Assembly: GCF_023055435.1 (NCBI RefSeq)
Contig: NW_025963791.1
Coordinates: forward strand, 16,430,001 to 16,494,000
DNA: 64,000 nt
Origin: Haliotis rufescens
Taxonomy: Eukaryota
Direction: 5' to 3'
Shown here: in pieces, positions 26,320-38,500 of the stretch
Position numbering within the stretch: the stretch's first letter is position 1
How the letters are laid out: every line of letters starts with the position of its first letter
Position numbers and translations under genes: made by a program
Notes under the pieces: model-generated
Databases searched by the model: none
Seen by the model: only the letters and a program-made list of their open reading frames with translations
Told to the model about the DNA's origin: nothing

Positions 26320-27705
26320 AATGATTTAGTGCATTCGTAGGTGTGTAATCTGCCGATTGTCTGGATTATCTGCCGAAACTAATTCCATTGGATGTGAGAG
26401 ACAAAATAGTGTTGAATATTATATGAATGGATCACTGAAATCAATGATGACACCAGGTGTTCGCGAATAGGGTGAGCATGGCACCCGCACGACGGCGACC
26501 TGTAAACAATCAATTCATGACCAAGTGATCGTGAGACAGACACACCAGTGACACGATAGCGCTTTTACCGATTTTGTTGGAACTAAAAACGACATGGGAA
26601 GTTTGATTTACGTCTAGTAAGTAGAGTGCAGAGGTTATCCTACTTACAAGTAAAGAGAAATACCATCAAGACTACCAACAATGAATAAAACATGACCATG
26701 TCTCGAAAACCAAAAGTACTCAAATGATATCATATGGATACATATTGATATCTCTGACTTTCTTTCAATAAATCTAGATATCGAAAAAATGAAAGGCGAT
26801 ATAACTGGATGATATATATTGCTTTTTAGGTTGGTTCAAATCAATAAACTTCTGTATTGCTGGATGCTGTATTTTTTTAATTTTTAACAAACAGACTGAA
26901 AAGTTTTGTATCATCATTGATAGATAGTTTGTTAAATCTTGGGCATATTTTTGCTGTGTCATATTCGTGGGATTAGCCTCCTACCATCTGCTTATACACA
27001 TCAAGTTCTACGCTGACGAAGGTCTCAGGCAGACATTAGAAATAGGGAATAGGGAACATGATCCCGAATAAATCAAGAAAATGACCTAAATATGAGCGTC
27101 AATACATTACGATTTTTGCTTCATGTTTTTCTCCAACTAAAGCAATTTAGTCATGCATTTTACATAAATACATGGGCAAACATTAACATTTCTTTCGCAT
27201 TCTGCTTCAGTATCTACAAGGGATAATTGTAGCATTCTTGTTCATGCCGTCTCTTTTACGTTTTCACAATCAATATGTAGTTCTTTAGCATTGATGTGTT
27301 TAGGCGTGTAGGGTTCTGGATACATGGACATTAAGCCCTTTTACCTGACGTTGACGATGTCTTATATTCGTCAATACTTACAATGTAACTTTCCTATCAA
27401 CGAACCATTACAGTCGGTTACCTGACCTGAACATGTGAGACCACTGTGTCACGTCACACAATAGGCCAAATGAAGCCTACTCAATTCTCATCTATACATG
27501 AAATCATAGGTTTTCATTGTGTTTGTCAAGTTTTATTTCAACTTCACGCTTACGAGAGTCAGACATATAACTTTGTATTTCATCTGTCAATGTATTTCTA
27601 TAACTTGTACTAACTTAAAAGCATCGTGCAGCAAATGAACAAATCAGAACATATTGACATCAAGCATAATTTACAGGATGACTTGAGAAACATCAACACG
27701 CACAT

Positions 27706-28080
27706 AATAATAATAATAATAATAATAATAATGTGTACTTAAAAAGCGCTAGCATCCATGTAGAGAACATGCTCAAAGCGCTACATTCAAATGTCACTCT
27801 GGAAAGCATTTTTGAACCAATTTGTCTTTAGTTTTGCTTCGAATGTCTGAAATGTTAAGGAAAGTCTAATCTCAAGTGGAAGATCATTCCATAACTTTGG
27901 GGCAGCTACACTGAAAGTATTTAGTCCATAGCTGGAAAGTCTATACTGAGGAAAAGATAGCAGGTGTTGAATTGCTGATCGAAGAGTTCTTGGTGGATTA
28001 TGAAGCTGGAGCAGAGTGGAGAGATAAGCTGGAGCCTGGTTGTTGACACACGTGTAAGTCAAAGACAGCATTTTGTACAT
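27706..28080 (-). mobile_element. 3' end of an L2/CR1-group LINE with (TTA)n tail
   Basis: APAYLSTLL..PPRTLRS..YG..TFSVAAPKLWNDLPLEIR..F..KLKT.. followed by a short UTR and (TTA)n at 27706-27732. Confidence 0.85.
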
Positions 28081-28389
28081 CTATCTAGTAAATTATAGTA
28101 TATTAGTATTTAGTATTTTATAAGGTATCATGGTGACAGCAGAAGCCACATGGACAGAAAAAGGATAGTGATGACAAAATAGTATTGTAAGTAAGCATGT
28201 CATTTCTTTTACAAAAAAAACATTTGTTGTGATAGAAGAAAACAACAAAAAGACAACTAACACTAGTTAAAACTAGAACGTCTTTTCGCAAACTATACAG
28301 CAAACAATATACAAGAAGAATACATTTTAAGAATTGTTAAAGGATCATTATGTCTCAATTGAGGAAAGTGCGCAAAGGTGAAGTAACGT

Positions 28390-28900
28390 ACGTCGATATG
28401 AAATGCGGTCCTGGGCCCAATGGCTTCACAGCAGAATTATTAAAATTCTTTGGAGAGAATGAAAAGTATTCAATACCCACACAAGTACGGGTTAGTCACA
28501 TGCATTCAAAACGAAAATAGAAGTAAACGTGGCCTATATCCCTGATAGATGTGTTGTATTAACTACGAACAGAATATAAGCGATGTTGACAAATATCAGG
28601 GCAGAAGAACATATATTTCTTATCTGGACGATTTATGTCGATTTATTACACGTTTAGGTTATTAAATAATGCACGACTAAAAACACATTTGATACAGTTG
28701 ACTTGCATTTTATGCATTTGCTTGTCATGTAATTTCAACATTGACTTTTCTTGTCAGAATCAAGAGTGAGTTATGTAATTATTACAGAGGTTCACATGTC
28801 TATATCTTTGTAATCTAAATATACACAGTCAAACATCAACTTTGGAAATAAAACATAAGTAATTTTACATACCTTAACTGGCGTATATGTCAAGCTTGGC
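28390..28900 (+). mobile_element. Highly decayed L1/Tx1-like RT fragment
   Basis: GPGPNGFTAELLKFF resembles L1-type PGPDGFTAEFYK. The remainder is heavily mutated. Confidence 0.4.
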
Positions 28901-29507
28901 TATTTAATTATTAAAATGTAAACTATTCTATTATAACTATTCTAATGCAAAGCATGATCATGAAAACAGTACAAATATTGTGTGAGCTCCATGTATTGGA
29001 ATAGCTTCGTTTGTTGAGGTAAACATCCTTGGTTATGGATATGGTTCGATTTTCTATTTGGACGTATCCCTTCACCTAAAGGCTGTAATTACTGTATTGA
29101 CTAAAAGATGCATTTTCCGCAACTACCAACGCAGATGAACTAAGCTCATACATATTCAATAAATGCGTCAAAACCCTTTCTATAATCATCAGAAATCATT
29201 AATAAGATATGAATAAACATTGCTGCCTGTTGTTAAATAATGTCGGATGAGTAGGATACCAACATTGGTGCTCTTTAAATGAATAGTTTGAAAAGGGAAT
29301 TGACAATCTGACTTCACAGAAATTGAAGGCACAAGCTTGCTTTCATAGAATGCCAGAGAATGATCAGTCTCGATGATCTGCAGAAACAGATTCCACTGGG
29401 CGTAAAATACAAAACAATAGCGTTGCAAAGTATATGACTGAATCACTTAAAATCAGTGGTAACACCAGGTGTTGGCGAAAAGGTGAGCATATCCTGCCCC
29501 ACCAAGG

Positions 29508-32500
29508 TCAATCCTTTGACTGCTCAGTTTGCATGTAGAATTCTGCGTTCGCTCTCTCGAATACATCTAGTGAATCTTCAAGTTGTTGCTCCCCTTCGGC
29601 GAATATATCATCATTGGATTCAATCTCACAATCAGCAGAAAGGTACTGATATGGGTCTTCGTAACCACTGACTGCGTTGTTAGATTTGACAGTTCCACCC
29701 CCATCTGCAAAATGAATATACTGTGCAGCTTATCAATATTAGAATATATTTAAATACCATATACTAGTATTATTCACATTTCAATGTACATCTAGCTGTA
29801 CCCATTGCAGCGGACATAATATTTACGCACACCATTGTGGGATTTGCACAACACATTCTCAGGTCAGCCATATCCATGTGATTAAGGATATATGTCTGCG
29901 TCAAGCTGATCAGGTAAGACTCTTATGTGGAGTAATGGCAGACAATGCTTCATTATTTTGACAAGTATATTTTTAATATAGCTACGTATCTCAAATTAAC
30001 ATCTCGTAGGCAAGACAGCTTCCAAAACATATTATATAACGGTGGACCTATGATTATTAGTAGTTATGATCTAATTACCTTCATATGGATCACCATAACC
30101 CTCTTCATCATATGAAAATAAAGAAAAGTATTTAGATTCATAACACGATTGCTCATCACGATATGGCTGAAATATTGCCGATGTGACGTAAAGCATTAAC
30201 TCACTCACTCATAACACGATTGGTTATTACAATAAAACCATTTATTGCATTTTATGAGTCTCTGAAATAAATGAAAAGGTTCAATGTTTCAGCAGACATC
30301 GAACGTATTTACTATTGGGCCGTTAAACCGTTAACATATACGCGTTGATGCAGAACGTTTCCTATCCAAAAACGAGATCAGTAAAATTGCTGGGAATAGT
30401 TTCGTACCTGGATCTTCTTCTATTTCATCCCAGATGTTTTCATAATAATAATATTCTGGAAGAGAAAGCGTATTAATTGCCATTACAAAACACTGACTAC
30501 CATGTCCAAAGTACATGGAAATAAAGAAAATAAAAGAATCTGTATTTAACCATGAACTTAATTTGAACATAGAAACCGCACAATTCCTGATATGTAATTC
30601 AGTAAGTGGAGTACAATTGAGCAAGTTTTGATTGGGTTGCGCTTTCAACTAGTACCACGTGCGAGTCTCATCAGGTCACAACTGATGAATGGACATGAAG
30701 TTGTAACGTATAGTTACTTGATATCATGACAATTGGGGAATACCATGATGTCACAACACCAAGGTGACAATGGACAAATAACTTACGCCTTTACATTTAA
30801 CTTCGGCGCAATTCATGATTGAAATGTTGCTCATTTTGAAACAATGTAGGTTCATCATGAAAATAACTATACGTTACAACTTCATGTCTGTTAATCATTT
30901 ATGGCCTGATGAGACTCGTATGTGGTACGAGTTGAAAGCCCTTTGTAAGGTAGCTTCATGTTTGAGCATATCCTTAATAACCATTTTTTAAACTGAGAGT
31001 ATGCACTTCTACCTTCTGTGATATTCATTGCAACAGAGCTCTAAGATCTTTTACCCTATCAAGTATCCGTCTCTTAAATGATTGTAAATTTCTGAAATGT
31101 TTTCGTCGCTCTGTTTGTCATGTGATTATATGTTTAAAATCTGTAAGCACTTGTACATATGTACAAAGAATTCCTTTGCGGCCGGTGATAAAGTTTTGTC
31201 ATTGTCATGGTCATTACGTACCGTGACTTTCGCCATCGTGTGTATCTTCACCTTATGAAAGGAAATATATATATTTCATATCAATATGTTAAAGAAACAA
31301 AGACATTTGAAAAAATGTAAAGCATACTCAAAAACTAAACATTTGAATGTGAAAGCCAACATGACATTCATCGTAGTTTTAACAGGTACATGTAACGTGA
31401 ATCTAAACAAATGAAGTGTTGCATACTGTTATGAAGAAGATGAATGAATGGAAACTTAAACAAAGCAGTGCATGGAATTCGTGGTGCTAGACATGGTCAT
31501 GACTGATCCGTGTTATAGTCAGATGAACATACCATTCGTTATGATATGAATGTAAAAGTTCAGACTTGCACGATTTAATATGAAATAGCATGGTTCGTCT
31601 TGATTGGGAAATACATTCGAAAACATCACATTTATTAAGCTGTACTAAGACATCAATAAAATCAATATCAACAGATTCCTTGACAAATATTAAAAAAAGA
31701 ATAATTATCTGCGCATTACAAAGGTTGAGAGGAAAACGCGAATCATAACGCAAGTGAGGCATTTTCTTTAATTGCTCGCCAAATATAAGGTAAATCTTGT
31801 TCTTAAATGATTTCAAAGCTGATCACATGGATTGGAACGCTTCAGCGCATACCTTCAGCTATATACACGGGCATAAACGATTCAATTATTGTTGTTTTTA
31901 AATGAGTGTTGATTCATCCCACTTTCAACAGATTTTCAGTGACTCTCATGTTGGGTTAGATATGCCTTCACTAGGCGGCAATAATGCATTCGTTATGCAT
32001 TAAATTATTCGTTCGAAATAACTTGCACAGTGTTATGAACGTCTGTTTGAAACGCGTTCCCGTTACTAAGCGCATTTACGTAAAATAAAAGGGTTAGTGC
32101 TATAAACACCGGAGTATTGTGAAAGGGTTCAATACTCTTTCAGACGTCACATATATGATATCTATGTTTGCGCAATACTTTACATATAACGTCATGCTGC
32201 TTACCTGTTGTGTCTATATGCTGTCTAATTTCCCGAAGATTGACACTATTATCCTCCTCCAGGCCTTTTCCTGCAAAGGTAATAACATACACATAACAGA
32301 GATATTTCTAGATAACCCTGTCCGTTAGATAACCCGAACATTTAACACCTCACGCTTCGATTTTAAATTCAATTTAGCGCGGTTAAATCTGTAGGTAACC
32401 AAGCTAAACATAGAAAACACAGTGTGTTTCTCTCCATTCTACCATGACAAAACCTAGCGCAAACTCATTTACGGAAATATTGATTGACTCCAATGTTTTG

Positions 32501-35500
32501 AGTGGGTTGTGGGTCTGAATAAAATAAAAACCGATACTACCCTTTAAACAAACTAGGACGTTTCCGTATGATAAGATAGTTTGTTTTCATCAATATACTG
32601 GCATATATGACAAGCACTGAAAGGGTGTAGCACAGATACATGTACATGTACTTCGTAAACCAAAATGAAGGCAACCCTTGAAAGGTTTGGCCCTGCGTCA
32701 CTATCATGACGTCACTATCATGACGTCACACTCCTCACTATGACACAAATATCAAGCACTCTGTTGTCCTCAGATTTGAAATAAACTTTCTTAGTTGAAA
32801 AGCGTTTTGGCACACGTACTTTGAATATTGTAGTAGCCTAGAGTTTGCACTTTGTAACCTATAATGTTTTTTATAAGGTGTTTTTTTGTGAAACCTCTGA
32901 TTCACCAGTGTCGAGTAGTTTCCTAATTCGTTGTATCCGTTTAATCCATGGCTATGTATATCATTGACCTAAAATTGGACAAATACATTTTAGGTTTGAC
33001 CAAATATTTATTTCATAAGCCTGTATGGAAAATACACCATGGTTCTGAAGCATTATAGCAGTCATGACTACACCAAACACTAAACCTGCCAAAGGGATCA
33101 ATGTGCAATTAATAAAAGAGAATCGTGATAAAACATCCACTTTATAATCAAGGTTTTCCTCAATTCTGATTCATGAACTACTTACGCTTGTCCTTTCTCT
33201 TTATGCATAGGATGCAAAACGTGAGTTTCTTTGCCAAACTTCCAAGTCTCCACAGGATCGAGAACGGTAAAGGAAGTGGTGGTTTTCTGTCATACTCAAC
33301 CATTAAACGACACTTTTGCCAGGCCCATATTTCATCAGCTTTCTGTCTAACATCTTCAAAGATGTGGCTGAAAAAGAGGTTCAAAGACGTAGAATTGTTG
33401 TTCATGAACGAAAACATATGAATGATTCAAAGGGTGCAATATAGTATCAGTATAGTTTAAGGGCTCATTTTTATTACTTAAATTATTCAACTGTTCTACT
33501 TCAAGAATTTCATCGGGCACCTTACAGTATGAACATTAAGACATAAAGGAAGACTATTGCCCATGACATGAGCGATCACAGCATCAGTAATATAAACGCT
33601 ATTAAGGAATTTATATAGAACATACTTGAAATGTCTCAATATATCGAGATTGATCACAAACACAAAACAAAGCAGTGTTAGGCAAGGTCTGGTACTACGA
33701 GTAACATGTGTCATAGGGATTGCAAATGTAAGCGACACAACTCTTTCGATAATCAAAAGAAATCCATTGTACGATTCCGACTAAATCATAAGCATGTGTT
33801 TGCGAACGGGTGAGGGTATCCTGCCCCACTCGCATGATTATTGCAATGTGACCAATGGAACACCAGGTGACCGAAGTTTAACTCGCACACCAAGACACAT
33901 TTAACCAATGTATCATTATCAGTCCACAAGTAACCATGTAACAAACTGAAACGTTTGTGTGAAAAAACAGATCTACTATGTGCCATACAATGGACTTGCA
34001 GTGTGGTTACTAAAGTGCCAAAAATGTCAGTGACTAAGGAATCTGATAGCTAGGTTGTTTGATGAGTAAATATGAGTCTTAACCGACCTATTGGTATCAA
34101 CTTGTAAATAATACATACTTGAACAGTGCAATCACAATGTTCAAGAGCAAAACGTGCGTCATGATCATGTATACTGCGAGCATTAATGGCACCCATATTC
34201 TTCCAGCGTTAGGTATGCAGCTCCCATCGCATTTCTCGCCGACGCCTGGAAAATAGAAAATATATCACACAACTAGTCATCTACACTTTCTGGTAATATT
34301 GGAATTATTAGAGTTTCGTCTTATCATGCTTCTTCAGTAACTGGACTTACAATCTGGTAGCGTCTACTTTCGTATTATCAGATGGTCACATTCATATTCC
34401 ATTCAGTTTTCAGCGTAGTTTCTTCACCTTCGTTAATAAGGCGATGACAAACATTATGTCAAAATGGGAAGATCAATCTTCCAGAAACGTGGAATGACCA
34501 TTCTGTTCATACTTAAACCAACATTTAACTGAAAATAGCGATAACTATTCTATTTATAGGAATGAACAAACACACCCTTGATTTCATCCAAAAAGAGCTC
34601 TCCGAATATCTGCCAAAATCCCTTGCCAAAGTCAAAGACGAACGATGGGCTGTCAAATATATTTCGGCCGGGTGGGTGAAGGATCGCTTCAGAGGCAACG
34701 GCATAGGAACATATGGCCACGAAGAAGATCACAAGGAAAGGGATGAGATCCGTAACCTGGATAGGTTGTAAGGTGGGTTTCATATGTACAATGTGCATTG
34801 AATTGTTTTATTTTGTTTGTTTGTTTGTTTGTTTGTTTGTTTGTTTGTTGTTTAACGCTGAACTCAGCAATATTCCAGCTTTATGACGGCGGTCTGTAAG
34901 TAATCGAATCTGGACTAGACAATCCAGTTTCTGACATCATGAGCATCGAACAACGCATCTGGGATTCGATGACATGCATCAACCAAGTCAGCGAGCCTGA
35001 CCACCCGATCTCGTTAGTCGCCTCTTACGACAAGCATAGTCTCCTTTTACGGCAAGCATTGGTTGCTGAGGACCTATTCTACCCCGGATCTTCACGGGTC
35101 ATTGAATTGTAACCTTTTGAATAAGATGTAACCCTTAGAATAAGACAGTATTACGTGGTCCACCGAAAACGTAATTAACATGACAGGAGTATAATAATTC
35201 TAAAGTAATGAGTACTTTTGCCTAATATATCGCAAATCTTAGAATAAATGAAACGTAGCAATAAGGCGACTTGTTTTCACATAAATACAACGTGTATGCT
35301 TTACGTTGTTTTTGCATAAAGGACAATATTAATAATTTCAATACTCTGAATAGAGAAAAACAAATGTTAATTACACTAATGTCCATAAAAAGGTCACTTC
35401 GTGTCATCACTTCAACCGCCTATTGCCAAGAATTCAGGATCAAACCTGTTATCATTGTTAATCATTGTTAATTTGAATGATAACAGGATGCAAATGCAGA

Positions 35501-38500
35501 TTTTAAGAAAGAAACCCATTGACTAATGACTAAAGAGGGACTATGCTCCGAGCAAATATTGTTATTAGTGATGTGTCGAACTAAGACATGATCTATGTGT
35601 AATCAAGGCATTCAAGACCAGATAATCTTATAGACATAATCAAATCTAACAAAGAGGGTTTTGAATTATTTGAAGCAAATTGTCAGATACTGACTTGCAC
35701 GAGACTAGTCCCCCTTTAAGGACTTGCATTAAAAGAAAGTATTTTTCAAAACGTGATATAGTACCATTCTGAAGACCATGTACAGCATGGGTCCGATTGA
35801 CTTGCTGGGCGTACAGGCTTGAAGCAATCTCCAGAAGAAGAACATGAAATTGATGCTGAGGCAAAGCCTCCCGTAACCGAACAGGTGCATTTCCTTGTAC
35901 TCATTGAAAAACACAGGCAATATACGTAACGTGTACCCAATGATAAACCCAATAATACACAAGCTGTCAAGCATGTTCCATTTGTCCTGGTAATATATTT
36001 TAATGTGTTTGTTTAGCAACCACACCGCTGACTTCAGACGGTTCAAACACCCTGAGTTTGGTCCACGGTTCAAGGCTATGAATTCGTTTCTTTCTACTGC
36101 AAACTGCAAAACCTGCAACATATGGGATGACAAAATCGTAACCAAAGTTAATAACTTCGCAAGTAAATTATAGTACTATGAGAGTCAACAAAAGTTATGT
36201 CTATAATATCAATAAAACATATCATCTATATATCTTTGTCTAAAAAGCTGTTGGTACATGTAACCTTCATAAATAATTAAACTTGGACCTTTGATTCTGT
36301 CAGCTCATTTTGTATCTCATATCATAATTCTATTTCACTCCGTGTGTTAAATGAATTGTTTAAATAAGTTTGGAAACAATGAGTTAATCGTGACAAAACA
36401 AATACAAAACAGATTTTGGAAGGAGTGGTCTTCACGATCGTTTGACGTCTGATACATATGAAAAAATAGCGAAAAATAACTAAACTCGATATGAGTATTT
36501 GTCTTTTCTGTTCCCACATAAGCTAAAGGTACATACATTATAACTGAATCTGACACTGAGAACCAAAAGGGCCTTTGTTGGTATGTTACTGCTATCGCGA
36601 AATCAGAAGTCTTTTACATCTCATATGGTCAAAAGCATTTGACTCAAAGATCAAACCAATATTTATGTAATGAGCAGGAAAGATATAGGGATTCCCAATG
36701 TTGATGTCACCAAGGAGCATACATAAAACTTGTACATATTTATTAATATTTATCTGTAAAAAGTAATGTGATGTACATGTATGTGGTTTTATCCAATATA
36801 TACACACCGAGATACATATACATAGCTAAAGCTTTGGCTAGTGTTGGATAAATCAATTTTGTCTTCCCGTTGATTTTGCTTTGTGTGGTATTTTAATTTG
36901 TCTGCAATACATTTTAAGTTTTTGAATGAATCGAGCAGATTATTTTTTAATTTGTTGTGTCAACAAAGTCATGACAGGTACAAATCTTTGACAACTGTTT
37001 ATGCACCAATCAAGAGTCATGTAGGGTTGTACACTTTTGCAATAATTAGAATATTAGAGTCAAAACCCTTTCCATGTTCAAAAGAAATCTCTGCTAAAAG
37101 CAGAGTCGATTTATGATTCTGACTATATCATGACCATGTGTTTATTAATCACTATCAAATAGTAATGATTTATTGTGAGGAAGAAATACTGGTACACAAT
37201 AAGCAAAATACTTACGACCGTGTTCATTGTTTATCAATGTATGTTGGTTGTATTATTTTCTAAGGAATATGTAAAAACACAAACAAATGTCAGCAAGTAA
37301 TCTTTAACTTCAGCACTAAATATATCTGATATCTACTTGTATTGCAACTTTGAATGCATTGTTATTCGCTATATGGACCAGTGTTCCTATGTACAATAAG
37401 AGCTATAACTTGACATTTTACTTGCTCAGATAAAATGGCCAGGAGAAATGGTTATGACATAATAGCAATGCTTATGATACTAGTTAAGTCGTTTATATTA
37501 TGAAAAAGGAAATACCAGTACCTGAATCATCTCTTCAAGAAGGAAGGCTGACATCCAGATAAGAAGAGGTATTTCCCACCTTCGCTTGTAGTCCTCCTCC
37601 AGCTTGTTCAACAGCAAGTGCGCATACAAGCCGAGGAATACACAGTACACGATCTGAAGTACAATTAAGCCAACACACTTTCAGTCCACAACAAACAATT
37701 GTACATATATGTTTTCGAAACTGAGGGTAATTGATGTTTTTTGTCTTCTTGGGTGGGTGATCAGTAAGTGATTCAATGAGTTGATCAGTGAGTGAGTGCG
37801 TGAATGAGTGAGCGTGCTTACAACTTTCATAAAATCCCCTAAACATGTGTATGGTGCTGAGAGATCATGGATTATAATCCTATACTAGCAGAAGTGGGAT
37901 TGAAAGCTGATCCTGGTATGACGGAACATTGTATAACACCTTTTGTGTAACATCATAAATATTTTTCAATTTTGCCGAAACACATGTTGCGGTTTTTGGT
38001 TACAGTTGGAATGTCAATAAAGGGTTGTTATTGATCCTTTATGTTATGTTTCTATTTGTACTCTGCGTAGTATTTTCATATTTGTCCCCCTTCTGAGTGG
38101 AAAGTCTGTTCACGATAAGGCCTAAATCACATATATATTGGACTAACCAGATTCAAAATGACCTTGACAATTGGTGTACTGTAAAACCTTCCAAGTCGTC
38201 CGCAGATTCCGACCCTGGGCGAGCTGCAAAGTGCATATTTTTAACACATTAAATAATAAATAGAAGCGCCCATATATTGACATATTTTGTTTTACAACCA
38301 ACAAATTAGTGAACAACCTCCTTAGCAAAAGAGAATATAAAAGATACAAATAAATGTATAACCTTTCTCTATCCACAGGGTCCGAACTGTATTTTCCTCC
38401 AATCGTTGTCGGGTTCGGAGTCTTCTTCATGGGTTGTGTCCCGATGAGGATCCACATCAGAAAGGGAAGAATGGCGCAAACAACAATCTTAAAAAAATCG

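Noticed and set aside
31012-31091. Possible alternative coiled-coil exon (NLQSFKRRILDRVKDLRALLQ*)
   Set aside because: It needs a phase-2 donor but the neighbouring exons are phase 1. Unsupported without transcripts.
36822-36901. AG/GT-bounded candidate exon between S2 and S3
   Set aside because: In-frame TAA at the third codon, and the flanking exons join correctly without it.
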